Virus record (IMG/VR): IMGVR_UViG_3300044953_000352 | Span: 1 to 64,000 of that record | Source: a virus | Length of the DNA stretch: 64,000 nt | Direction: 5' to 3' (one strand) | In this document: one piece after another, positions 40,662 to 50,837 of the stretch | Position numbering within the stretch: the stretch's first letter is position 1 | How the letters are laid out: every line of letters starts with the position of its first letter | Position numbers and translations under genes: made by a program | Notes under the pieces: generated by a model | The model's database searches: none | What the model was told of the DNA's origin: nothing | The model's input: the letters and a program-made list of their open reading frames with translations, nothing else

Positions 40662-41371
40662 ATTTAACTTTACAAACAATATCATCAACAATAATTTCCG
40701 AACTACTCGCAAATTCTCCATTAGATGGGGTGGTTTTGGACATGGAACATGGTAATTTTAATAATGAATCTTTATACGCTTGTATTCAAGTTATTACTTT
40801 ATATAAAAAACAATGTTTTGTTAGAGTCACCGATTTAAATAAAACCTTAGTTCGAATGTGTTTAGACGCAGGAGCAACAGGAATAATATTTTCAACAATC
40901 GAATCATATTCACAAGGTAAAGAAATAGTAGAGTTTTGTACATATCCTTTATTTAAAGGAAAAAGAGGATGTGGGCTTGTTAGAGAAAATCAATGGGGTG
41001 AATACAGTTTAGGTACAAATAAACCCCTAATAATAGGACAAATTGAAACACAAACAGCAGTGGATAATTTAGATTCTATTTGCACATGTGGATTTGATAT
41101 GTTTATTATCGGACCATATGATTTATCTAATAGTCTAAATTGTGTAGGAGACTGGCAAAATTTACTTTATAAAATGTATATAAGTAAAATATATAACACA
41201 ATTGATAATAAAAAAATTGGAATGTTTCTTCCTTCCAAAAGTAATATTACTGAATTTCTATCAAATAAAAAAAATAATATGTTCAGTCCGGCGTTAATTA
41301 TATGGGGAATGGACACTGAGTTAATCAAGTCCGGTATAAATTCCATAGCATATGATATACAAACTAACTGA
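40658..41371 (+). CDS. HpcH/HpaI aldolase family protein
   Basis: LDMEHG, LDAGATGII, GKRGCG, GQIET, IIGPYDLS. Confidence 0.85.
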   Translation: MNLTLQTISSTIISELLANSPLDGVVLDMEHGNFNNESLYACIQVITLYKKQCFVRVTDLNKTLVRMCLDAGATGIIFSTIESYSQGKEIVEFCTYPLFKGKRGCGLVRENQWGEYSLGTNKPLIIGQIETQTAVDNLDSICTCGFDMFIIGPYDLSNSLNCVGDWQNLLYKMYISKIYNTIDNKKIGMFLPSKSNITEFLSNKKNNMFSPALIIWGMDTELIKSGINSIAYDIQTN

Positions 41372-42104
41372 AAAATTAAAGGTTTTAGCAAATAACTATG
41401 GTGTTATAGGTATAAAACAGTCATTTGAAGATGAAGGAATCGAAATAAATGATTTAATCTTAGTAAGAAGATTAACCGATATTTGTAATATTGAATGTTT
41501 TGTAAAAATTGGTGGATGTGAAGCAAAGTCTGATATAAATAATTGTATAAAATATGGAGTTAATAACATCATTGCTCCTATGATAGAATCGTCGTTTGCC
41601 GTATCAAAAGTTACTGATATCACATCTAAATACAATAAACTCATAAATTCTTACATTGTTGTTGAAACCAAAACATCCTTTAATAATTTAGATAGCATTT
41701 TAGAAAAAGGATACAATACATTAAAAGGAATTGTTGTTGGTCGATCAGACTTTTCAAAATCATATTCAATCGATAAAACACAAGTTGATTCTGATTTTAT
41801 ATTTGATAAAGTAAAAACAATTTTACTCAAATCAAAAGAATATAATTATCAAACGACATTAGGTGGAAATATATCTAAACAAAGTGTTGATTTTATTAAA
41901 AAAATGTATTTTCAAAATTTACTTGATAAAATCGAGACTAGAAACATTGTTATTGATTTATCAAAAATTGATATTGAAAATTTAGAAAATGTAATTAAAT
42001 TAGCTATCGAATTTGAAATCGAATTAATAAAATATAAATCTACTTCTTTAACATTGACATTAAAAGAATCAAATGATAGAATAGAAGCATTAGTAAATAG
42101 ATAA
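41352..42104 (+). CDS. aldolase/citrate-lyase-fold protein
   Basis: KQSFEDEG, VKIGGCEA, IAPMIES, VVET, VVGRSDF, TLGG. Confidence 0.65.
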   Translation: MIYKLTEKLKVLANNYGVIGIKQSFEDEGIEINDLILVRRLTDICNIECFVKIGGCEAKSDINNCIKYGVNNIIAPMIESSFAVSKVTDITSKYNKLINSYIVVETKTSFNNLDSILEKGYNTLKGIVVGRSDFSKSYSIDKTQVDSDFIFDKVKTILLKSKEYNYQTTLGGNISKQSVDFIKKMYFQNLLDKIETRNIVIDLSKIDIENLENVIKLAIEFEIELIKYKSTSLTLTLKESNDRIEALVNR

Positions 42105-42109
42105 ATAAA

Positions 42110-43270
42110 ATGAACAAGAGATTTGAACAGTTACAAAACATTGTACACCGAGAAGAATGTTTTAAAACAATATGTGGTGCCGGAAATGAAGATAAAGCAC
42201 ATGTTAAAAAATTATCTTTTGTCTATACATTAGCAGGAACAAAAATATTAGACGTATCAGCTAATGTTGACGTTGTTAAAGCAGCAATGGAAGGTATTGA
42301 TTTAGCGTATGAGTATACCCATAAATTAAATGTTAAGATAGAAGATAGACCTTATATTATGGTCAGTGTAGGAATGCCGGGAGATCCTCACGTTAGAAAA
42401 TCTTTTATAAATGCAGATAAGTGCATTGGATGTACATTATGTATTCCTATTTGCCCAACTGATGCTATTCCTAAAGACTTTGTACAAAATCTAAATGTAT
42501 TTAAAAATTTAGGAGGAGTTTTTGATATCGAAGATCAATCAAAAGAAATTGTTATCAAAGATCTGTGTATAGGATGTGGCAAATGTAGTAGTATTTGCCC
42601 AAAGAATGATATTATCTCATATAGACACAATGCAAGAGAAATACATAAACTTTTACCGAAGTGTATGGAAGCCGGTGCAGAATTATTTGAACTTCATGCT
42701 GCGGTTGGAGAAGATGATATTACTCTTACAGAATGGTCAATAATCAATGAGATTAATTCCAATAATTATAATTCAATGTGTTTGGATAGATTAAATCTAG
42801 GAAACTTAAGATTTGAACATAGAATTAATGAGGCTAGAAAAATTGCTGGTAATCGTTTAATGATTCAAGCAGATGGATATCCAATGAGTGGTGGAGAAGA
42901 TGATTATAACACTACTTTACAAGCAGTTGCATGTGCTGATGTTGTCAATAAAAAGTTTAATATGCGAATTGACAAGAAACGTACAACCGACAAATTAGGA
43001 AAGCCAAAAATATCTTCCAAAAAAGTATATAAAAACATTAATGATGTAGATAATATTCCTATATTAATTTCAGGAGGTACAAATTCTTATAGTAAAGAAT
43101 TGGCAGAAAAGGCAGAAGTAAGAATTAATGGGGTATCTATAGGAACATTTGCGAGAGATTTAATTGAAAAATTTATAGTGCAACCAGATTTCTATGAAAA
43201 CGATGAACTTATTAAATTGGCATATGAAAATGCAAAAAATTTAATACAAATTAGTAATAAAAAAATATGA
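42110..43270 (+). CDS. ldpA: LdpA-like protein with 2x[4Fe-4S] ferredoxin motifs
   Basis: FKTICGAGNED..YTLAG..LDVSA; DPHVRK; CIGCTLCIPICP; CIGCGKCSSICP; ELH; IQADGYPMSGG; ISGGTN. Confidence 0.8.
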   Translation: MNKRFEQLQNIVHREECFKTICGAGNEDKAHVKKLSFVYTLAGTKILDVSANVDVVKAAMEGIDLAYEYTHKLNVKIEDRPYIMVSVGMPGDPHVRKSFINADKCIGCTLCIPICPTDAIPKDFVQNLNVFKNLGGVFDIEDQSKEIVIKDLCIGCGKCSSICPKNDIISYRHNAREIHKLLPKCMEAGAELFELHAAVGEDDITLTEWSIINEINSNNYNSMCLDRLNLGNLRFEHRINEARKIAGNRLMIQADGYPMSGGEDDYNTTLQAVACADVVNKKFNMRIDKKRTTDKLGKPKISSKKVYKNINDVDNIPILISGGTNSYSKELAEKAEVRINGVSIGTFARDLIEKFIVQPDFYENDELIKLAYENAKNLIQISNKKI

Positions 43271-43647
43271 AACAACTTGTTATAGCAGTCGATTTTGATG
43301 GTACGTTGTGTGAATACGCATTTCCTAAAATAGGAAATCAAACAGAACAACAAAAAAACTTGTTAGATTTATTGATCGCACTAAAACAAAAAGGTCATTA
43401 TCTAATATTATGGACAAACAGAGGGGACACAGATGAACTAAAATGTTTATCTGAAGCAATTGAATGGTGTAAAAACCAAGGATTAGAATTTGATCAAGTT
43501 AATAACAATAATCCCGAACGTGAAGCTAATAAAAAATCAGGATACAGTAGGAAAATATTAGCAGACTATTATATTGATGATAAATGCTTAGAATTTGGAA
43601 ATGTATTGGCTAGAACAAAGACTTTAGAGTTTTTATCCAATTTATGA
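43267..43647 (+). CDS. minimal HAD-family phosphatase
   Basis: IAVDFDGTL, LWTNR, RKILADYYIDDK. Confidence 0.85.
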   Translation: MKQLVIAVDFDGTLCEYAFPKIGNQTEQQKNLLDLLIALKQKGHYLILWTNRGDTDELKCLSEAIEWCKNQGLEFDQVNNNNPEREANKKSGYSRKILADYYIDDKCLEFGNVLARTKTLEFLSNL

Positions 43648-44549
43648 ATATATTAGTAACAGGAGGAAATGGATTCTTAGGTTCAAATACAATTAAGAAA
43701 TTAATAGAAAAGAATCATAATATATTAATAACATCTAAAAATAAAACCAACTTAACTTATTTAAAAGATGATACAAAAATAATACCCTGTTATATAAACA
43801 ATATATGTTATCATATTGATGAAATTAAAAATTTTTCTCCTGATGTAATAATATTTTTTGGTTGGCACGGAGGAAATAATTATAAAGATACAAATATACT
43901 TGATCAGTTTCATCAAAACGTTCCGCCACATATAACTTTTTTAGAACAAATAAGTACATTTTCTAAGAAACCTAAAATTATAGGTGTTGGAAGTTTTTCA
44001 GAATATGGAGATTACAATATTCCTATCAACGAAACTTGTATTGAAAATCCAACAAGTTTATATGGATTATCAAAGTTGACGTTCAAAAAATACAGTGAAA
44101 TGTTTTGTAAACAACACCAAATGCAATGGACGTGGATACGACCATGTTTCATATATGGACCAAATGATATTCAAACAAGAGTAATTCCATCAGTAATTAA
44201 AAAAGCATTAAATAATGAAAAAATTCATTTAAATGAATGTAATACAATATTAGATTATCTATACGTTGAAGATTTTGTTAATTTTTTATATAAATTAATT
44301 GACTTAAACTGTGAAGGCGTATATAATATTTGCTCAGGAAAACAATATCAACTACAATCTATAATTAATCAAATTTGTGCATTATCTAATAGTAATTCTG
44401 AAATTATTTTTGATAAATCATTAAATAGAAAAGGACTAAATAATTTTATTTGTGGTGATAACACTAAGATTCAAAATACAACAGGTTATTTTGAATTACA
44501 TAATATACACGATGGTTTGCTAAAGACTATAAATTATTATAACCAATGA
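43644..44549 (+). CDS. NAD-dependent sugar epimerase/4-reductase
   Basis: TGGNGFLG, GSFSEYG, YGLSK, IRPCFIYGP. Confidence 0.85.
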   Translation: MNILVTGGNGFLGSNTIKKLIEKNHNILITSKNKTNLTYLKDDTKIIPCYINNICYHIDEIKNFSPDVIIFFGWHGGNNYKDTNILDQFHQNVPPHITFLEQISTFSKKPKIIGVGSFSEYGDYNIPINETCIENPTSLYGLSKLTFKKYSEMFCKQHQMQWTWIRPCFIYGPNDIQTRVIPSVIKKALNNEKIHLNECNTILDYLYVEDFVNFLYKLIDLNCEGVYNICSGKQYQLQSIINQICALSNSNSEIIFDKSLNRKGLNNFICGDNTKIQNTTGYFELHNIHDGLLKTINYYNQ

Positions 44550-45466
44550 ATTATAAAATAACATGTCATTTAATGCCGTGGGAATTAGATTTTGCTTTGT
44601 TGTCGTTTACACAATTAAAAAAATCAAAATATCATCTAAATTCAAATGATACAGTTTATATTGATGTTACTTTAAATCTTTCAAATTATATATTCGATTG
44701 GAGTTCTAGTAAACTACCAAAAGAATTCTTTATAGATAAGTTTACATCATTACAGCCATTATTAAATGATTATAAATGTAGATTTAACATTTATACTGGA
44801 GATGAAATCTACGGCGGATTAAATACAATGCTATATGCTACAGAACCACATATAGATCATTATATGGATTTGAATCCAGATATGTATTTTACAGAGCATT
44901 TATTATGCATGCTTATAGAATCTTCAAAAGTTATAAAAAATAGATTTTTCATAGTAACCCCACAAATTCCAAAATTATGGGATAACACATGGGACATCAT
45001 ATCAAACTATCATTATAATAATATATCATATCAAGATCATAATAAAATTGAGGTTTATGATGTTAGAAATTATATGAAAACAAATGATCTTGAAGTAAAA
45101 TTATCATCAATCAATACGTTTAAATTTGCTGGATGGATGGATTTATACAATAAAGAAACATGGGAAAATTTTATTGTACAAGACGGATGGCAAGGATACG
45201 GAGGATGTGATTACTACGCAATGTTATTATGTAATACAGCCAAGGTTAACGGAGTAGATGTTCAACAATACGTATTAGAAAATCAAATCACGACTGAATA
45301 TAATTATGGTCATATGAATTCTACCGGATATACCAAGTATTATAAAAAATTTTTGGCACTAAAAGATATACCAAATCAACGCGAATATTTTAACTCTAAA
45401 TTAAATGAATATCTAAACTATGGAGTTAGAAATTTAATAAATAAAAATATTATAAAATTGTTATGA
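44546..45466 (+). CDS. putative GT-A glycosyltransferase-like protein
   Basis: DLNPD, GWQGYGGCD; cluster context. Confidence 0.45.
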   Translation: MNYKITCHLMPWELDFALLSFTQLKKSKYHLNSNDTVYIDVTLNLSNYIFDWSSSKLPKEFFIDKFTSLQPLLNDYKCRFNIYTGDEIYGGLNTMLYATEPHIDHYMDLNPDMYFTEHLLCMLIESSKVIKNRFFIVTPQIPKLWDNTWDIISNYHYNNISYQDHNKIEVYDVRNYMKTNDLEVKLSSINTFKFAGWMDLYNKETWENFIVQDGWQGYGGCDYYAMLLCNTAKVNGVDVQQYVLENQITTEYNYGHMNSTGYTKYYKKFLALKDIPNQREYFNSKLNEYLNYGVRNLINKNIIKLL

Positions 45467-46338
45467 AGTTATTTTCAAATTTTAGACCAGAAAGTTGTCA
45501 TACATATGACAAAGTAAAAAAGGTATGTGAAAACAAACCTGTTACTATATTTTATGACTATATACCAAAAAGCATAAATGAACTAAATATAAATCCATAT
45601 AATTTTATAATTTTGGTTGAACCAGATGAATTTTTCGGAATGCAATCATGGGTAAGACAAAATCATCATCTATTTACTGGAATTTTAACATGGAATGAAA
45701 AGCTATTCAAAGATTGTCCAAATGCAATCTTTTTTCATTATATTGGTGATGGTGGCGCAGGAAATGTTAAACATAATTATTTAGAAGATTTTAATACACA
45801 ATATCCAAATAAAGAGTTTGAAATTAGTTTTTTATGTGGAGCAAAATCACTAGTTCAAGGACATAAATTTAGGCAAGAAATATATAAAATTGGAGATAAA
45901 ATAACAATCCCAAAAAAATGGTTTTATACATTACCTGATTTTGATGCAGAAAACTTTAAAAAAGGTGGAGTAGGAAGACCAGATGATATATGGATACAAA
46001 AACAAATTTGTTATCAAAAGGCAATGTTTCATATAGGAGTGGAAAATGTTTATTATAATAACTGGTGTAACGAAAAGATTTGTGATGCATTTGCAACAAA
46101 AACAGTTCCTGTATATTGGGGATGTCCTAATTTAGGAGATTTAGGTTATGATGAAAGAGGAATAATTAGATTTAATTCAACCGATGAATTAATTGAAAAA
46201 GTAAATAAATTAACTCCAGAGGATTATACTAATAGATTACCTTATGTAGAATATAATTATCAATTGATTAAACATTATCGATTTGAAGATGTAATTGCGA
46301 GAATTTTTAAAGACTTTATAGAACAAAATAATATATGA
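45463..46338 (+). CDS. GT10 (alpha-1,3-fucosyltransferase-like)
   Basis: FHIGVEN..NNWCNEKICDAF..KTVPVYWG. Confidence 0.8.
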   Translation: MKLFSNFRPESCHTYDKVKKVCENKPVTIFYDYIPKSINELNINPYNFIILVEPDEFFGMQSWVRQNHHLFTGILTWNEKLFKDCPNAIFFHYIGDGGAGNVKHNYLEDFNTQYPNKEFEISFLCGAKSLVQGHKFRQEIYKIGDKITIPKKWFYTLPDFDAENFKKGGVGRPDDIWIQKQICYQKAMFHIGVENVYYNNWCNEKICDAFATKTVPVYWGCPNLGDLGYDERGIIRFNSTDELIEKVNKLTPEDYTNRLPYVEYNYQLIKHYRFEDVIARIFKDFIEQNNI

Positions 46339-46877
46339 AACCTACTATAGTAAATAATATAAGCAATATAAAAGATTTGACTGTATTAAAAATAGATTCT
46401 TTCTATGATTATAGAGGAGAAAACATACAATCTTATGACTCTACAGAATATAAAGAGTTAATAAACAATATTGAATTTACTACTGATTCGTTTTCGTTTT
46501 CTACAAAAAATGTTCTTAGAGGATTTCATGGTGATACACAATCTTGGAAATTAATTCAATGCATTAGAGGAACAGTTTATTTTGCTGTAATTGATTTGAG
46601 ACCCAATTCTCCAACATACGAGAATGTATTTACATGTACATTAAGTGATAAAAACCGCTGGCAAGTATTAGTTCCAAATGGTTGTGTTAATGCACATCTA
46701 TGCATGTCTGATGATTGTATTTTTTCTTATAAACTATCACATGGATATATTTCAATTGATAAACAGTTACATGTATTTTGGGATGATAGTAAATTTTTTC
46801 TTAAAATTAAATGGCCAATACAATTATCTCCAATTGTATCTCACCGAGACAACTCATTTCAGTTCAGTGTAATATAA
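46335..46877 (+). CDS. rmlC: dTDP-4-dehydrorhamnose 3,5-epimerase
   Basis: DYRG, KNVLRGFH, KLIQC, DLRPNSPT, VLVPNGCVNAH. Confidence 0.85.
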   Translation: MKPTIVNNISNIKDLTVLKIDSFYDYRGENIQSYDSTEYKELINNIEFTTDSFSFSTKNVLRGFHGDTQSWKLIQCIRGTVYFAVIDLRPNSPTYENVFTCTLSDKNRWQVLVPNGCVNAHLCMSDDCIFSYKLSHGYISIDKQLHVFWDDSKFFLKIKWPIQLSPIVSHRDNSFQFSVI

Positions 46878-47381
46878 ATGAAACTCATAGTCACAGTATT
46901 AGAGCAAGAATTTCCATTTAGTAATAAATTTAATATCTTATATACAGGTGTTGGAAAAATTAATGCAAGTATAATTTATTAGAATATTTAAACAGTCATA
47001 ATAACGTAGATACTATTATAAATGTTGGAACTGCCGCTGGTATAAATTGTAAAAGAAATACAGTATTATCATGTGGTAAGTTTATTGAAGGAGATTTGGA
47101 TTATCCAAGTTATACTCTTGATCCTATTATAGTTGATCCTAATTTAAAACAATTAGCCACGTCTGATTCATTTCAAACATCTTTACCAAATAGAATGTGT
47201 AATTGTATTGATATGGAGGGCATGCATTTGCAAAAATTTGTAAAATAAAGAAAATAAATTTTTTTGTTTTAAATATATATCAGATATAATAAGAGAACAA
47301 AATCAAGAAGATTCTTGGTTAGAAAACTACAAAAATGGTCGATTTCTTCTTAAAGAACATGTTATAAAAGTATATGAATAA
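46878..47381 (+). pseudogene. MTA/SAH nucleosidase (Pfs)-like gene with three 1-nt deletions (not in ORF track)
   Basis: YTGVGKINAS | INVGTAAG ... TSDSF ... IDMEG | HAFAKIC | FKYISD; frameshifts near 46970, 47220 and 47259-47265. Confidence 0.75.
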
Positions 47382-48318
47382 AGTTTTAATTACTGGCGGG
47401 GCAGGATATTTAGGCTCTGTTTTAACAGAAACACTATTAAATGAAGGATATATAGTTACTATACTTGATAGTTTATTATATAAACAATTATCATTGAGTG
47501 GTTTTTGTAATAATAAAAATTTTAATTTTATACTAGGTGATGTTAGAGATAATGTATTATTAGAAAAGCTAGTTAATGAAAATAATATTATTATACCACT
47601 TGCCGCTATTGTTGGAATGCCAGCATGCAAAGCAAATCCTCAAGCAACAATTGATATTAATTTAAATCAAATTAAAAATATTATTAAGTTTGCTAAAAAC
47701 GATCCCACGAAAGAAATCATCTTGCCAAATACAAACAGTCAATATGGATCGTCAACCGAAATTATAACAGAAGAAAGTCCATTTAAACCTTTGTCTTTGT
47801 ATGCTGAAACGAAATGCGATGCTGAAAAGGCATTATTAGATTCTCACAACGGTATTGCTTTAAGACTCGCAACTGTTTTTGGAATGTCTTATAGAATGAG
47901 AATGGATTTGTTAGTAAATGATCTTGTTTATAAATCTATAACAGATGGTTATTTAGTGCTATTCGAATCGCACTTCATTCGTAACTACATACACGTTCGT
48001 GATGTGGCCAATACATTTTTATTCATGATCAATAGATACAATCAATGTAATAACTCAGCATATAATGTTGGATTGACAAGTGCTAACTGTAATAAACTAG
48101 AATTGGCAGAAACTATCAAAAAGTTTGTTCCGGAATTAGTTATCGTTCAAAATGAATTCAAAAAAGACCTTGATCAACGTAATTACAAAGTATCAAATGC
48201 AAAATTAGAATCTTTAGGGTGGTCCGCAAAAAATTCTCTTGAAGACGGTATCCAAGAATTGCTAAAAGGATATCAAATGATTGTAAAATTTAAAAATAAA
48301 GATTTTACTAATTTGTAA
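47374..48318 (+). CDS. NAD-dependent epimerase/dehydratase
   Basis: TGGAGYLGS, LAAIVGMPAC, YAETK, LRLATVFG, RMDLLVND. Confidence 0.88.
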   Translation: MNKVLITGGAGYLGSVLTETLLNEGYIVTILDSLLYKQLSLSGFCNNKNFNFILGDVRDNVLLEKLVNENNIIIPLAAIVGMPACKANPQATIDINLNQIKNIIKFAKNDPTKEIILPNTNSQYGSSTEIITEESPFKPLSLYAETKCDAEKALLDSHNGIALRLATVFGMSYRMRMDLLVNDLVYKSITDGYLVLFESHFIRNYIHVRDVANTFLFMINRYNQCNNSAYNVGLTSANCNKLELAETIKKFVPELVIVQNEFKKDLDQRNYKVSNAKLESLGWSAKNSLEDGIQELLKGYQMIVKFKNKDFTNL

Positions 48319-48319
48319 T

Positions 48320-49282
48320 ATGGATAAAAAACTTTTGGTTATTTATAATATTTGCGGAATTAAACGCAATAACATTGAAATGTGGGTCAATCATTTAACC
48401 GACATTCTAAATCAAAATTATAGCAATTTTATTGTAGCAGTTTCAGGCTGTATTGTAGCTGAAGAAGCTAAATCACAACTTATAGAATTAAAAAATAAAT
48501 ATAAAAATTTAGTGTTTAATTTTACCGAAGAAAAGTTGCCTGTTAACATTACTTTTAATCATACTGCTCAAGTTTGTACAAATAAATTTGGAATATTTGA
48601 TGGTTATATGTATGTTGCGTCTGATGTTAAATTTGGTAACGATCAAGAAGTTTTGAAAAAAATGTCTACACTACATTTTAATTCAAACAGCGGAATGACA
48701 TATGCAATGGTAGATAATGATCATGGATTAGATGGATGGTATAAAGAATGTTGGGAAGAACTAAATACCCTATTAGAAACAGATCATTTTTGTATTAATA
48801 TTGGAAAAACTGCAAACATGCATGTTATTTTATTTGATAAAGACATTTATATCAAATACGCAAATAAAATTGTTCCTAATATTTTTGCATCTCATTGTAC
48901 TGAAACTACTTATACCTATTTGACTGCTGCAATAAATAAAAAAGTTACAGTACATAATAAAACTGTTATGTTAAAACATATTGGATTTGCAGATAGTCAT
49001 AGTGTTGGATTTATGGATGAAATTGGATGGAATCATAAAGTTGCATGGAAACATTTATTCAAATCTAAAATACCAGTTGAAGATAGATTATTATCAAATG
49101 AAGCAAAAAATGTAGGGTTTGGTTATGTAGATTTTTATGGCGGATTTTCTCATTCTTCAGAGTTATATGATGATAATGAAAATCACAAAAATCCAGAAAA
49201 TCTTTTTAAATTCTTAAAAGACGCATTATATCTTTCAGAAGACGAATTTAACTACAATCAAATTTCTTACAATCTTATTTAA
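48320..49282 (+). CDS. putative glycosyltransferase-like protein
   Basis: LPVNITFN, YVASDV; cluster context only. Confidence 0.4.
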   Translation: MDKKLLVIYNICGIKRNNIEMWVNHLTDILNQNYSNFIVAVSGCIVAEEAKSQLIELKNKYKNLVFNFTEEKLPVNITFNHTAQVCTNKFGIFDGYMYVASDVKFGNDQEVLKKMSTLHFNSNSGMTYAMVDNDHGLDGWYKECWEELNTLLETDHFCINIGKTANMHVILFDKDIYIKYANKIVPNIFASHCTETTYTYLTAAINKKVTVHNKTVMLKHIGFADSHSVGFMDEIGWNHKVAWKHLFKSKIPVEDRLLSNEAKNVGFGYVDFYGGFSHSSELYDDNENHKNPENLFKFLKDALYLSEDEFNYNQISYNLI

Positions 49283-49292
49283 ATAAACTTAT

Positions 49293-50831
49293 ATGGATGT
49301 ATTATTTATAAATCCCGGAAACGCACGAGTAATTTATCAAAACTTAGAAAAAGATTATTCTGCTATTGAACCTCCTACTTGGGCACTTTTATTAGCCGAA
49401 TCTTGTCGATCCATAGGAAAAACTGTTAGTATTTTAGATATAAACGCTGAAAGACTCTCTGTCGAACAATCATATGAAAGAATTGTAAATATAAATCCTA
49501 AATTAATATGTTTTGTTGTATATGGACAAAATGTTAATGCTGGTACTACAAATATGAGTGGTGCAGTTGAGTTATCCAAGTATATAAAATTGCATAATAA
49601 AAATATACCAATCGCGTTTATAGGATCATATGTACAAGCTCTTCCTAAGAAGACATTGTTTGATGAAAAATCAATAGATATTGTATTTACTAACGAAGGT
49701 GTTTATGCATTAAGAAATTTACTTTCTCAAGACAAAATTGACTTAAATAACTTAGACCATATTAAAGGTATTGGATGGAGAAAAAATGGGTTTCCTACTT
49801 TAAATCCTCCAGAATTTGTAGTGCCGCAAGATAGATTAGACACCGATTTACCGGGATATGCATGGGACTTATTACCATATAAAGAAACACCATTGGATTT
49901 ATATCGTTCTCCAATGTGGCATGCTGAATATGATCCTAAAAAACGTACTCCATATGCTGCTATACAGACTTCATTAGGATGTAAATTCGGCTGTGATTTT
50001 TGTATGATAAACATACTAAATAGAAATGATAATGAAGAAATCGGAGTAGCATCAAATTACAGTTTAATGAGATATTGGTCTCCTGAATTCATTATAAGAG
50101 AATTTGATAAATTAGTAAAAATGGAAGTTGAAACTATTCGTATTATCGATGAATTGTTTTTACTTAACAAAAAACATTATGTTCCATTGTGTGAAATGCT
50201 AAAAGAAAGAGGTTATGGTAAATTCTTAAGAATGTGGGCATATTCACGTATTGATACTGTATGTAATCCAGAACTTCTTAAGTTAGTAAGAGAAGCGGGT
50301 ATTAAATGGTTGTGTTTAGGAATAGAAAGTGGAGACAGAAACATACGTTTAGAAGTCTCAAAAGGCAAGTTTCAAGATGTTGATATTAAAAAGATAGTAG
50401 AGCAAATTCATGCGAATGATATTGAGATAATGGGAAATTATATATTTGGGTTGCCGGGAGATAGTATTGATAGTATGCAAACAACTCTAAATCTATCAAA
50501 AGAATTATGTACATCTGGATGGAATGCATATACAGCAATGGCATTGCCGGGAAGCAAATTGTATAAAGATGCTATAGACAAAGGACTCAATATTCCCAAA
50601 AAATATGAAGAGTTTTCATTTCATTCATATGAAACACTTCCATTGCCTACAGAACATTTAACTCCTGCTGAAATTGTAAAATTTAGAGATAATGCATTTG
50701 ATGAATATCATTCAAATTCTTTATTTCTGGAAAGAATAGAAAAAAGATTTGGAGAAGTAGCGGTAAACTCTATAAGAAAAATGTTAAAATTTAAATTAAA
50801 ACGCAAGATTGTTGAGGAATCAAATAAATAA
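49293..50831 (+). CDS. B12-binding radical SAM enzyme
   Basis: N-terminal cobalamin-binding domain (EPPTWALLLA, LDINAE); TSLGCKFGCDFC; LGIESG; YIFGLPGD. Confidence 0.9.
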   Translation: MDVLFINPGNARVIYQNLEKDYSAIEPPTWALLLAESCRSIGKTVSILDINAERLSVEQSYERIVNINPKLICFVVYGQNVNAGTTNMSGAVELSKYIKLHNKNIPIAFIGSYVQALPKKTLFDEKSIDIVFTNEGVYALRNLLSQDKIDLNNLDHIKGIGWRKNGFPTLNPPEFVVPQDRLDTDLPGYAWDLLPYKETPLDLYRSPMWHAEYDPKKRTPYAAIQTSLGCKFGCDFCMINILNRNDNEEIGVASNYSLMRYWSPEFIIREFDKLVKMEVETIRIIDELFLLNKKHYVPLCEMLKERGYGKFLRMWAYSRIDTVCNPELLKLVREAGIKWLCLGIESGDRNIRLEVSKGKFQDVDIKKIVEQIHANDIEIMGNYIFGLPGDSIDSMQTTLNLSKELCTSGWNAYTAMALPGSKLYKDAIDKGLNIPKKYEEFSFHSYETLPLPTEHLTPAEIVKFRDNAFDEYHSNSLFLERIEKRFGEVAVNSIRKMLKFKLKRKIVEESNK

Positions 50832-50837
50832 TTTTCT

